DNA from: an uncultured Akkermansia sp.
GTDB taxonomy: Bacteria; Bacteroidota; Bacteroidia; Flavobacteriales_D; Crocinitomicaceae
Length of the DNA: 64,000 nucleotides
Reading direction: 5' to 3'
Assembly: GCA_964526595.1 (NCBI GenBank)
Contig: CAZGJF010000007.1
Location: 827-64,826 of the forward strand
Positions 19,530-28,170 of this stretch are shown here, in pieces. Numbering within the stretch: the first letter of the stretch is position 1; every line of letters begins with the position of its first letter. Under the pieces are notes generated by a model that did not search any database, was not told the origin of the DNA, and was given only the letters and a program-made list of their open reading frames with translations. A program made the position numbers and the translations under genes.

Positions 19530-19996
19530 TGACTGCTTATCGATTTGTTCCCATTTTTGTTTTAGTAGTTCTGTTGAGTTCCTGTGGAGATTTGCCGGTG
19601 TATGAAAAGTCCTATTCATTTGAAAATCATACGTGGTCGCAACGGGTAAAGCCGGTATTTAAGTTCCCGATTATGGATACCTCAAAACAGTATGATTTTT
19701 TATTAACACTCAGAACGACTACTGATTATAAGTATAATAATTTATGGATTTATCTCAACACGAAGACTCCCGGAGGTCAAACGGCGCGAGAACCCTTTGA
19801 AATTAAAATAGCGAATCCTGATGGAACTTGGATAGGAAAAAAAACAGGCTCCATTGTAGAAAATGTTTTATATTTTAAGAGGCGAAAGTTGCCGGAGAAG
19901 GGAGCTTACATTTTTCAGTTGGAACAAGGAATCACTGCTTCAACTATTGATCAAGTATTGGATGTCGGTTTGCTTATTCAAGAAGTTAAGCGTTAA
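19529..19996 (+). CDS. gldH: Gliding motility lipoprotein GldH
   Basis: Lipobox LLSSCG, size about 155 aa, and KQYDFLLTLRTTTDYKYNNLWIYL...IKIANPDGTWIG...YIFQLEQG... resembling GldH. The start is coupled to the ricT stop (TAATG), as in Flavobacterium synteny. Confidence 0.75.
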   Translation: MTAYRFVPIFVLVVLLSSCGDLPVYEKSYSFENHTWSQRVKPVFKFPIMDTSKQYDFLLTLRTTTDYKYNNLWIYLNTKTPGGQTAREPFEIKIANPDGTWIGKKTGSIVENVLYFKRRKLPEKGAYIFQLEQGITASTIDQVLDVGLLIQEVKR

Positions 19997-20676
19997 CCTT
20001 TTTTAGATGACTTTTTATGAATACTGTAAATATAATTGAGAGAAAAAATATTTTTTCTCAATGGATTTGGGACGTTGATTTTTTGATCTTGGAGGTAACC
20101 TATTGTGAAACTGTGTGACTCTTTAAGGTTAGTCTGAATACCCAAAAATAATCGATACTTTATAAATTGTTTGCCATATAAACCATACACGGGATCGTAA
20201 AATCCTTCAAAGCTTATCACAGGAGAAATTGGGCTTCCCTTTATGTTATATGTAATTTGTGGTTTGATGCGTATTGCTTGGTCAAAGTCGGCGTTGTAAT
20301 TGGGTTTACTCTTTACATGGCTGAATGTCGATTGATAACGCAAACGCAACTCAAAGTTTAAACGGTACAATTCGTATTTCAATTCTGCATTCAAATTCAA
20401 TCGGTTGGAGTAGCGGTAATTTCCATAATCATCCAAATTTGAGATAAGGCGATAGTCTAGTGAAGGTCGCAACCATTTCGTTAACTTGAATTTTAGAGAA
20501 GTCTGACCGAAAGTAGTTTCTGCACCGTAGGTTCCAAAACGACCGGTCAATGCAACACTCCATTCTATTTTGCGATTGATGCTTCCTTTCACACCAAGTG
20601 TTGACCATAGCATATCTTCTCGTTGACTCAATAAACATGTAGGCAATAAGATTGCAAAAATCAGGATTTTTTTCAT
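19993..20676 (-). CDS. Outer-membrane beta-barrel protein (DUF2490-like)
   Basis: Signal peptide MKKILIFAILLPTCLLSQ when started at the ATG at 20676. It shows an alternating amphipathic beta-strand pattern with aromatic ends (RLNLNAELKYELYRLNFELRLRYQ...). The family call is from memory of DUF2490 and is not verified. Confidence 0.5.
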   Translation of the reverse strand: MKKILIFAILLPTCLLSQREDMLWSTLGVKGSINRKIEWSVALTGRFGTYGAETTFGQTSLKFKLTKWLRPSLDYRLISNLDDYGNYRYSNRLNLNAELKYELYRLNFELRLRYQSTFSHVKSKPNYNADFDQAIRIKPQITYNIKGSPISPVISFEGFYDPVYGLYGKQFIKYRLFLGIQTNLKESHSFTIGYLQDQKINVPNPLRKNIFSLNYIYSIHKKSSKKG

Positions 20677-20677
20677 G

Positions 20678-21112
20678 TTATTTCGACAGGTTGATGATCC
20701 CAAGATCACCCGTTTCATTTTTCTTAATAGTGATTTGTTTGATATAAGGTTCTAAGGTATAATAATCATCATCATTGTTGCTTGGATTATTTCCTGTGTG
20801 AAAAACCTTGTTATAAGCAAAAATGGTGTAATCACCGGGTTGAAGATAATCAAACTTGAAACTACCGTCATAGTTGCATTCAATATTATCGTCATAGATT
20901 AAATCATCAGTGCCGTAAACGATGTAAACATCCTCTTTGGCTCCGGGGTAGGAAACGGTTTGTGAGTATGAGCCATTGATGTACAGTTTTTCATCAATTG
21001 TTATCTTGCCGATTATAGCACTTTTTCCGCCCTGACCTTCGTATTTTTTACAGGATTGAACAAAAAATGAAACGGAAAATAGGCATAAAGGAATAGCATT
21101 AAATATTTTCAT
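20678..21112 (-). CDS. Lipoprotein with carboxypeptidase-regulatory-like beta-sandwich features
   Basis: Lipobox FFVQSC, then GKITIDEK...DGSFKFDYLQPGDYTIFAY (the G.F.F..L.PG.Y motif). Confidence 0.5.
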   Translation of the reverse strand: MKIFNAIPLCLFSVSFFVQSCKKYEGQGGKSAIIGKITIDEKLYINGSYSQTVSYPGAKEDVYIVYGTDDLIYDDNIECNYDGSFKFDYLQPGDYTIFAYNKVFHTGNNPSNNDDDYYTLEPYIKQITIKKNETGDLGIINLSK

Positions 21113-21253
21113 AGTAAACGTGAATAGAGTGTGAATTGAGCGACCAAATTTAAAAAAAATGCTTGTTTATTTGTTTTGTTGGCTTGTACGTAAGTTGTCA
21201 AAGTACTCCTTTAATTATGATTCAATCAGTGGCACTTCTTATCAAATACGGCA

Positions 21254-21487
21254 CTAACCTTTTCTGAAAAATTTCAAGAGTCGTTTTCGGAACAATAAGA
21301 ATAGCAAGATGTAAGGGATAATCATCAGATATAGAATCCCGTAATTGATATTTGTTCCAAAAGAAGATTCTTCCAATTCTGCCCCTTGTTCTGCCAATAA
21401 GCGACATTGAGAGCAACCCTGAGCAAATAAGTTTGCACCCAGAGAAACTATAATGAACGATGCTAAAAAAATCAACCGCCTCACCAT
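21254..21487 (-). CDS. Small signal-peptide/CxxC/C-terminal-TM protein, unknown function
   Basis: 77 aa: MVRRLIFLASFIIVSLGANLFAQGCSQCR...INYGILYLMIIPYILLFLLFRKR. I prefer it to the overlapping 21222-21494 frame because it has a coherent signal peptide plus TM helix. Confidence 0.5.
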   Translation of the reverse strand: MVRRLIFLASFIIVSLGANLFAQGCSQCRLLAEQGAELEESSFGTNINYGILYLMIIPYILLFLLFRKRLLKFFRKG

Positions 21488-21786
21488 ATTGCAAAGTTAT
21501 TTATTATTCAGTTTAAATATTAAAAACCTGTTAAAAATCTTACTGTAAATGACAATCATAATGCGGAAAATTATTAAATGGAATAGCTTTTTAAGTTCAA
21601 CTGAATTATAAGCAGATTAAAAAAAATCAGAACTTTGTCAATCTATTGAGAATTTTAAACTTATTTTGCTAAGATTAAAATTTTAAGTTTTTTCAAAATA
21701 GAATGTTAAATATTTTATTTTCAATTTTTTACAATTAATTAACATCTGATTTTGGATAGATAACTACTACTAAATACGCTATATAA

Positions 21787-24700
21787 ATGAAATTCGTCAA
21801 AAGTTTCCGCCTTAATTACAGCAATTATTTGTTAACGTTTTTACTCACAATATTAATTTTAGGTCGTTTGTATGCCCAACCGTCTTATGTGCCTTCAAAC
21901 GGTCTTAAAGGTTGGTGGTCATTTACCGGAAATGCTGATGACGGAAGCGGTAATGGAAATAATGGGTCAGTAACAAATGCCGTTCTTTCATCAGATCGTT
22001 TTGGAAATACAGATGGTGCTTATCTTTTTGATGGCTCTAGCAGTTATATTTCTCTAAACCCAATCAATGGACTGGAAATTAATAATGCAATCTCAATCAG
22101 TATCTGGGCAAAGATAACAGGCATTAATGGCAATACAGATTGTTCTGTCGGTTGCTCTCAATACTTGGTTTCAAGAAACACAGATGTTCAGCAAGAACAC
22201 TTCAGTATTCGCATCGATGAAGTGACATCATCCAATAAATTTTCAGGGCAGGTAAACGATAATTTTACGGCAGGTTGTGGTGTCCAGTCACCTGTTTCTA
22301 CCATTATTCCTCAAGCAGACTGGCACCATATTGTTTTGACCTATGATGGTTCTGAAGTGAAATTATTTGTAGATGGCATACTACAGGGAACATCTCCATA
22401 TACCGGACTAATGAATCCTTCAGGCGAACAAATCTTTTTTGGGATGCATAATGACCCTTTATTTCCTTATTTTGTCAATGGTTTACTAGACGATATCGGC
22501 ATCTGGGACCGTGCACTTACCGCGTGTGAAATTCAGCAACTGTATGATACGACTATTTTTGCACCTGACTTTTTACAGGATACACTTGGGGCATGTGGTG
22601 TTTCTACCGAACTTGTGGCACCCGATGGTTACACCTATGTGTGGAGCACCACCGAAACAAACGATACTATCGCCGTAGCCCAAAACGGGTGGTACAACTG
22701 CACGCTAACTGACGCTAATGGTTGCGCTGTAACAGATTCTGTGTATGTGGATTTACTCGATGCCCACATTGACCAAAATGATACTACAATCTGTGAGGGG
22801 GAAACACTCACTCTTTCAACTCCTGTTATAGGTGCAACAACAAGTGGATGTGCTCCGCTACCTTCCAACTTGCAAAATGGATTAGTAGCTTGGTGGCCTT
22901 TCTGTGGAAATGCCAATGATGAAAGTGGAAATGGGAATAACGGTACAGTGAATGGAGCAACGTTGACAAGTGACCGGTTTGGAAATTCAAATAGTACCTA
23001 TAGTTTTAGCGGGTCTGATTTTATAACTGTCCCTGATAACAATATGTTGGACCTAACTAATAATTTTTCTATTTCTACATGGTTTAATGCATTTTCATTT
23101 CCTGGAAATTCTTTTGGCGGACCAATTAATTTAATTCTTTGTAAAAGACAAAATGTACCTTCAAATATTATTGATGGTTTTGGAGGTTTTGGTGTCTGGG
23201 AATCAAATGGAAATCATATTGTTTCAACTCAAAGCTATCCTAACGCTGGCACGCAAAATTATGCAAGTTCTAGTTACAATATACAGGATTCTGTCTGGTA
23301 TAACTACGTTGTAACCTACGACGATAATACGGATACACTAAAATACTATTTGAATGGGGCGCTTATCTTTAATGAATACTTGCCTTTAGAAATAATAAAT
23401 AATTCTTACGAAATGTTTATTGGTGCATTAGGTTCAACCCCAACCTACTTTTGGAATGGTAAAATAGATGACATTGGCATTTGGAACCGTGCTTTAACGC
23501 AACAAGAAATTCAACAGTTGTACACTCAAGGTCAAGCCACCTACAACTGGTCCACCGGAGATACCACGGCAAGCATAAGCGTAACACCAACACAAACAAC
23601 AACCTATTATTGTACAGTAGACAACGGTATCACGAGCTGCACAGATAGTGTGCTTGTAACAGTTTCTCCGACAACGTATGCAGACCTTTACGATACTGTA
23701 TGTAATGAATATACGGCTCCAAGTGGCCTGTTATATTATACGTCCGGAATTTATTTTGATACCATTCCGAATGCTGCCGGTTGTGATAGTGTTATGACAA
23801 TTTATTTGACTGTGAATCTAAATGATACTGTTTCTATAACTGATACAGTTTGCGATATGTATACGCAAGATGGACAAATGTTCATGTCATCAGGTCTATA
23901 TTCCTATACGATTCCAACGGTAAATGGGTGTGATAGTGTAATCAACTTGGATTTAACTGTTTTGATGTCTTCGAGTAATTCGATCGTAGAAGCCACATGC
24001 AGCCCCTACATCGCGCCGGATGGACAGTCTTTCACAAGTTCGGGATTGTACAATGTAGTCATTCCAAATAGTGTAGGTTGTGACAGCAATATTACGATTG
24101 ACTTGACAATTTTATCGGATTCTATTTATCTGCCTGTTAGTGAATGTTATAGTTATACGGCACCGGATGGAAACACCTATTTTGAGTCAGGCTTATATAC
24201 AGCTGTATTTACTAATCAATACGCTTGTGACAGCACCATCTACATTGATTTAGCTATTTTATCTAACGATACTACCCTTATAGATACAGCTTGTGAATTT
24301 TACACTGCTCCTGATGGTCAAATATATACCACATCAGGTATTTACACGGCAATCCTTCAAAATGCATTCGCTTGTGACAGTACGATTACGATTGATCTTA
24401 CCATGCATTACAATGCTACAAACACAATCGTTGAGTCAGTTTGTGAAACATATACTGCTCCGGATGCTCAGGTTTACACGACCTCCGGAATATATACAGC
24501 AATTATTCCTGCAAGTAATGGTTGCGACAGTATAATTACGATTGATCTTACCGTGAATTACAATACTACAAACACAATTGTTGAGTCGGCTTGTGAAATG
24601 TACACTGCTCCGGATGGACAAATGTTTATGACAAGTGGTATTTACACAGTTACAATCCCTACCACTTCCGGTTGTGATAGTGTTATCACTATCGATTTGA

Positions 24701-25968
24701 CAATTCATCAACCAACTTTTAGTACAATTAATGAAACGGTATGTTCAACGTATAATGCACCTGATGGTCAAATTTATACCATGAGCGGTATTTATACTGC
24801 CATTATTCCAAATATTTATGGATGTGATAGCACGATAACAATCCATTTATCTATTAATAATTCAACTTCCGAGTTGTTCCAAGAGGCTTGTTTAAGTTTT
24901 ACTGCACCCGATGGGGCAGTTTACACAAGTTCTGGTACTTACACGGCACTTATTCCTACTGTGTTTGGGTGCGATAGTTTGATTACAATTTATTTGACAA
25001 TATTTACTCCTACCTCAAGTTTCATAACAGAAACTGCTTGTTCAAGTTATACTGCACCTGATGGTCAAATTTATACTTCATCCGGAACATATACCGCTAT
25101 GATTATGAATGCAGGTGGTTGTGACAGTATAATCACTATTGATTTAACCATTAATCAACCTACACAAAGTACAATCAGTCAATCGGCATGTACACAATAT
25201 ACAGCTCCTGATGGCCAAGTTTATTTTTTACCAGGAACATACGTTGCAGTGATTCCAAATGCTGCAGGATGTGATAGTGTTATAACAATAAATCTGCAAA
25301 TTAATTCAACGACAGCAACGATTACTGATACTCAGTGTTTGTTTTATATTGCACCGGATGGTCAAACTTATACCACCTCGGGTCAGTATTTGGCAGTGAT
25401 TCCAAATAGCGTGGGTTGTGACAGTATAATTGCCATCAACTTAACGATTGTAGATACGGCAGAATGCACGGATGATGCTGATCATGATGGGGTAATTGAC
25501 AATTTGGAAATTTTAGATGGAACCAATCCTTTAGACTCTTGTTCGTATCTAATAACTTCCATGACTTTGGAACAATTGTCGGGAGCCGACTGTGATATGG
25601 ATGGTATTCTTGATACAATTGAGATTAATAATGGAACTAATCCATTTGATTCATGTGATCCAAACAAGATCGGTATTCAATGTCAGGATGGTACGTTCTT
25701 GCCAACCGGATTTTCACCTAACGGAATTGGAGATATTGAAAATGAAAAACTCTATATTCTTCTTGGGAAAAATGTAGCGAACTTCACGTTGTACATTTAT
25801 GATCGTTGGGGGCATTTGGTCTTTACTACAACGGATGATTCTGTTGGTTGGGATGGAACCTATGAAGGTAAGCCATGTAATAGCGGTGTTTATGCCTATG
25901 TCTTAAATGTTACATATACAGACAGATACCCTGACATTAAAACCGGTAACATCACATTAATACGATAA
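21787..25968 (+). CDS. Giant T9SS surface protein: 2x LamG (concanavalin-like), 12 tandem Cys-repeat modules, 2 Asp-rich Ca-binding-like repeats and a type-B CTD
   Basis: The LamG hallmarks occur twice: GNGNNG(S/T)V..A.L.SDRFGN....Y.F.G ... DD(I)GIWNRALT..EIQQLY. There are 12x C..YTAPDGQ.YT.SG.YTA.IPN..GCDS.ITI.LT. The Asp-rich repeats are DADHDGVIDNLEILDGTNPLDSC and DCDMDGILDTIEINNGTNPFDSC. The C-terminus is YIYDRWGHLVFTT..DSVGWDGTYEGKPCNSGVYAY...GNITLIR. Confidence 0.85.
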   Translation: MKFVKSFRLNYSNYLLTFLLTILILGRLYAQPSYVPSNGLKGWWSFTGNADDGSGNGNNGSVTNAVLSSDRFGNTDGAYLFDGSSSYISLNPINGLEINNAISISIWAKITGINGNTDCSVGCSQYLVSRNTDVQQEHFSIRIDEVTSSNKFSGQVNDNFTAGCGVQSPVSTIIPQADWHHIVLTYDGSEVKLFVDGILQGTSPYTGLMNPSGEQIFFGMHNDPLFPYFVNGLLDDIGIWDRALTACEIQQLYDTTIFAPDFLQDTLGACGVSTELVAPDGYTYVWSTTETNDTIAVAQNGWYNCTLTDANGCAVTDSVYVDLLDAHIDQNDTTICEGETLTLSTPVIGATTSGCAPLPSNLQNGLVAWWPFCGNANDESGNGNNGTVNGATLTSDRFGNSNSTYSFSGSDFITVPDNNMLDLTNNFSISTWFNAFSFPGNSFGGPINLILCKRQNVPSNIIDGFGGFGVWESNGNHIVSTQSYPNAGTQNYASSSYNIQDSVWYNYVVTYDDNTDTLKYYLNGALIFNEYLPLEIINNSYEMFIGALGSTPTYFWNGKIDDIGIWNRALTQQEIQQLYTQGQATYNWSTGDTTASISVTPTQTTTYYCTVDNGITSCTDSVLVTVSPTTYADLYDTVCNEYTAPSGLLYYTSGIYFDTIPNAAGCDSVMTIYLTVNLNDTVSITDTVCDMYTQDGQMFMSSGLYSYTIPTVNGCDSVINLDLTVLMSSSNSIVEATCSPYIAPDGQSFTSSGLYNVVIPNSVGCDSNITIDLTILSDSIYLPVSECYSYTAPDGNTYFESGLYTAVFTNQYACDSTIYIDLAILSNDTTLIDTACEFYTAPDGQIYTTSGIYTAILQNAFACDSTITIDLTMHYNATNTIVESVCETYTAPDAQVYTTSGIYTAIIPASNGCDSIITIDLTVNYNTTNTIVESACEMYTAPDGQMFMTSGIYTVTIPTTSGCDSVITIDLTIHQPTFSTINETVCSTYNAPDGQIYTMSGIYTAIIPNIYGCDSTITIHLSINNSTSELFQEACLSFTAPDGAVYTSSGTYTALIPTVFGCDSLITIYLTIFTPTSSFITETACSSYTAPDGQIYTSSGTYTAMIMNAGGCDSIITIDLTINQPTQSTISQSACTQYTAPDGQVYFLPGTYVAVIPNAAGCDSVITINLQINSTTATITDTQCLFYIAPDGQTYTTSGQYLAVIPNSVGCDSIIAINLTIVDTAECTDDADHDGVIDNLEILDGTNPLDSCSYLITSMTLEQLSGADCDMDGILDTIEINNGTNPFDSCDPNKIGIQCQDGTFLPTGFSPNGIGDIENEKLYILLGKNVANFTLYIYDRWGHLVFTTTDDSVGWDGTYEGKPCNSGVYAYVLNVTYTDRYPDIKTGNITLIR
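23671..25458 (+). repeat. 12 in-frame tandem repeats of about 147 bp (about 49 aa) inside the LamG adhesin gene
   Basis: Read from the translation. Neighbouring units at 24385-24466 and 24532-24613 are offset by exactly 147 bp and differ at about 10 of 82 nt by eye. Confidence 0.9.
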
Positions 25969-25970
25969 TT

Positions 25971-27008
25971 ATGAAGAAGATAATATTATTAATTTTTGCT
26001 ACAGTACAATTCACTGTAGTTTTTGGACAAGATTTCCATTTCTCTCAAACAGCTAATACTCCTTTAGTTATAAACCCGGCGGCTGCAGGTGTTTACGATG
26101 GTTGGGAGCGTATTATTGTAAATCACCGTAGTCAGTGGTTGGGTTCGGGTACTCAATTTATGACTACTTCAGTTGCAGCGGATGCGAATTTTTTTAAAAG
26201 TGAAGTAACCCGTAAGGCTCATATAGGAGTGGGGTTGATGTTTTACAATGATATAGGCGGTGATTCGCGCTATGGGGTGCAATCAGCGTTATTGTCACTT
26301 AGTGGGATTTTACCTGCCGGAAAAAAAGGTTATTTTTCTACAGGTATTCAGGGTGGCTATGGAAGTCGAAAAATGAATGTAAATAATTTAACATTTTCAT
26401 CTCAATGGAACGGAGTTACGTTTGATCAATCTGTATTAAGTGGTGAGGGCAACATTGCATCATTTCAATACATGGACGCATCTGCCGGTATGTATTATGT
26501 TTATGATGGTGGTAAAACTTCTTTTAAACGTAACAATGATTTGAAATTTCAATTAGGTTTAGCTGGTTATCATTTAAATAGGCCTAACTTAAATTTTAGT
26601 ATCGTAAATGGAGATCATATGTACACAAAATGGGTCAGTCATGTCGGAGTGGTGAGTGATATTTTTAATCAGGACTTTGCTATTGATGTAAGTGCTGTCC
26701 ATATCATACAAGGCCCTCACACTGAAACCATTTTGGGAGGTATTTTAAAATATCGCTTTATTAATGGAACAAAGTACACCGGTCACTCTCAAGATGCCTA
26801 TGTTGGTATCGGTTCATACTACCGTATCAAAGATGCCATTGTTCCAACCTTGACAGTTGACTGGAAGGGATTTCGATTTGGTGTGTCTTATGATGTAACC
26901 GTTTCAGCTCTTAGGCAGGCTTATAAAGGAGGATCGTTAGAATTTTCTTTAACCTATACAAACTTAAAGTCAGCATTGTTCAGAAACAGAAATGATCGCT
27001 TTAAATAG
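25971..27008 (+). CDS. PorP/SprF-family T9SS outer-membrane protein
   Basis: The signal peptide is followed by the family signature QDFHFSQTANTPLVINPAAAG, then a beta-barrel-like sequence. It starts 3 nt after the stop of the type-B CTD adhesin. Confidence 0.85.
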   Translation: MKKIILLIFATVQFTVVFGQDFHFSQTANTPLVINPAAAGVYDGWERIIVNHRSQWLGSGTQFMTTSVAADANFFKSEVTRKAHIGVGLMFYNDIGGDSRYGVQSALLSLSGILPAGKKGYFSTGIQGGYGSRKMNVNNLTFSSQWNGVTFDQSVLSGEGNIASFQYMDASAGMYYVYDGGKTSFKRNNDLKFQLGLAGYHLNRPNLNFSIVNGDHMYTKWVSHVGVVSDIFNQDFAIDVSAVHIIQGPHTETILGGILKYRFINGTKYTGHSQDAYVGIGSYYRIKDAIVPTLTVDWKGFRFGVSYDVTVSALRQAYKGGSLEFSLTYTNLKSALFRNRNDRFK

Positions 27009-27094
27009 CAGTTGCTTTATCTAGCAGAATATGTTGATATACTCCTTGTTAGGTGAACTTGCATTCAGGAGGTTTGAGGGGTGTAGCTGAATGA

Positions 27095-27241
27095 GATTGC
27101 ATTTGTTCGTTGAATTTAAGAATCAATAGCAAAACGAAACAGATTGATTTGACCCATTTGATCAATGGGAATTATAAATTAAAACTAAAAGGAAATAATT
27201 TAGAAGTCATTAAGCGAATTCAGCTAAAACACGTTCACTAA
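27095..27241 (+). pseudogene. Remnant of a type-A T9SS C-terminal sorting domain; the upstream body is missing
   Basis: The open frame reads DCICSLNLRINSKTKQIDLTHLINGNYKLKLKGNNLEVIKRIQLKHVH*, which resembles the distal half of a Por_Secre_tail domain (..IDLS.L..G.Y.LK......K.I.L). Another frame just upstream reads LIYSLLGELAFRRFEG. There is no start codon or N-terminal body. Confidence 0.35.
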
Positions 27242-27292
27242 TGAAGAAATTCAATTTTTTGTTATATTCGTAAACTTTAACATTATTAAAAC

Positions 27293-28114
27293 ATGAAATT
27301 ACCTCTATTTAAAACTTCAATTCTTGCTTTGATTTTTGGCTATGTTTCACATCTATCAACAGCACAAACTTCAGGATCGCTTACATTTAACTTTACTGAG
27401 GTTTCAAAATCAAATTCAGTAACATACGGCAACCAAGGCCGTCACGTAATGGCTGTATGGATACAAACAAATACCGGTACATTTATCAAGACAATGATGC
27501 GGTATGGTGGACAAAATAGTACATCAGATCATTTACCAATTTGGGCGGGAGTTTCTTCAAATGGTTCTACAACAAATTGTATGTCTTTAAGTTGCAATAC
27601 TGTTGGCGCATCTACAGGTGCTACTTTAAGCAGTTGGTCTGCTAAAACTATCACATGGAATGGCAAAGACGCAAGTGGAAACCTTGTTGCTGATGGGTCT
27701 TATCAGGTTGTGGTTGAAGAATGCTGGGCACACGGTACTTCAGGTAAAATAGTGAGGTATTTTGACTTCACAAAGGGAACATCGCCAGATAATAAAACGC
27801 CTACTACTGATGCTAATTTTTCAAATATTTCGTTGGTATGGAGTCCTTCTTCAGCAGGATTAGAAGAAACAAAGTCAGTTGCAAATATAAAGATCTACCC
27901 TAATCCATCAAATGGAATTATTCATGTAGATTACGATAAAGCTACAGATTTAAAAGTGGTTAATGTTTTAGGGGTTACGGTTTTTGAAGATAAACTTGAA
28001 AACATCAAGGGGTCTAAAAATATTGATTTGTCAGGTTACACCAATGGTGTTTACTTTTTTATTGTATCAGACGGATCAAAAAAGTCAACATACAAAATAA
28101 TACTCAATAAATAA
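27293..28114 (+). CDS. DUF2271-like secreted protein with an ApbE-type flavinylation motif and a type-A T9SS CTD
   Basis: Signal peptide MKLPLFKTSILALIFGYVSHLSTAQ. The DUF2271-like blocks are RHVMAVWIQTNTGTFIKT, GASTGATLSS and ADGSYQVVVEECWAHGTSGKIVRYFDF. The CTD is IKIYPNPSNGIIHVDY...VVNVLGVTVFE...IDLSGYTNGVYFFIVSDG...YKIILNK. Confidence 0.65.
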   Translation: MKLPLFKTSILALIFGYVSHLSTAQTSGSLTFNFTEVSKSNSVTYGNQGRHVMAVWIQTNTGTFIKTMMRYGGQNSTSDHLPIWAGVSSNGSTTNCMSLSCNTVGASTGATLSSWSAKTITWNGKDASGNLVADGSYQVVVEECWAHGTSGKIVRYFDFTKGTSPDNKTPTTDANFSNISLVWSPSSAGLEETKSVANIKIYPNPSNGIIHVDYDKATDLKVVNVLGVTVFEDKLENIKGSKNIDLSGYTNGVYFFIVSDGSKKSTYKIILNK

Positions 28115-28137
28115 ATAATTGTTTTATTAATTATAGT

Positions 28138-28170
28138 GGGCATTCTTTAAGGGATGCCCTTTTTATTTTT
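28138..28170 (+). terminator. Rho-independent terminator shared by the convergent DUF2271-like and apbE genes
   Basis: GGGCATtctttaagggATGCCC hairpin followed by TTTTTATTTTT. The T-tract overlaps the apbE stop codon. Confidence 0.6.

Noticed and set aside
21230-21245. TGGCAC-N5 on the + strand as a possible sigma-54 -24/-12 promoter; other TGGCAC hits lie inside coding regions
   Set aside because: The -12 element is ATCA rather than TTGC, and no + strand gene follows for more than 500 bp. All the other TGGCAC occurrences I saw lie within coding sequence.
21222-21494. A 90-aa ORF overlapping the 77-aa small membrane protein gene in another frame
   Set aside because: It has a TTG start and no signal, TM or motif logic. 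The 21254-21487 frame gives a coherent signal peptide plus a C-terminal TM protein.
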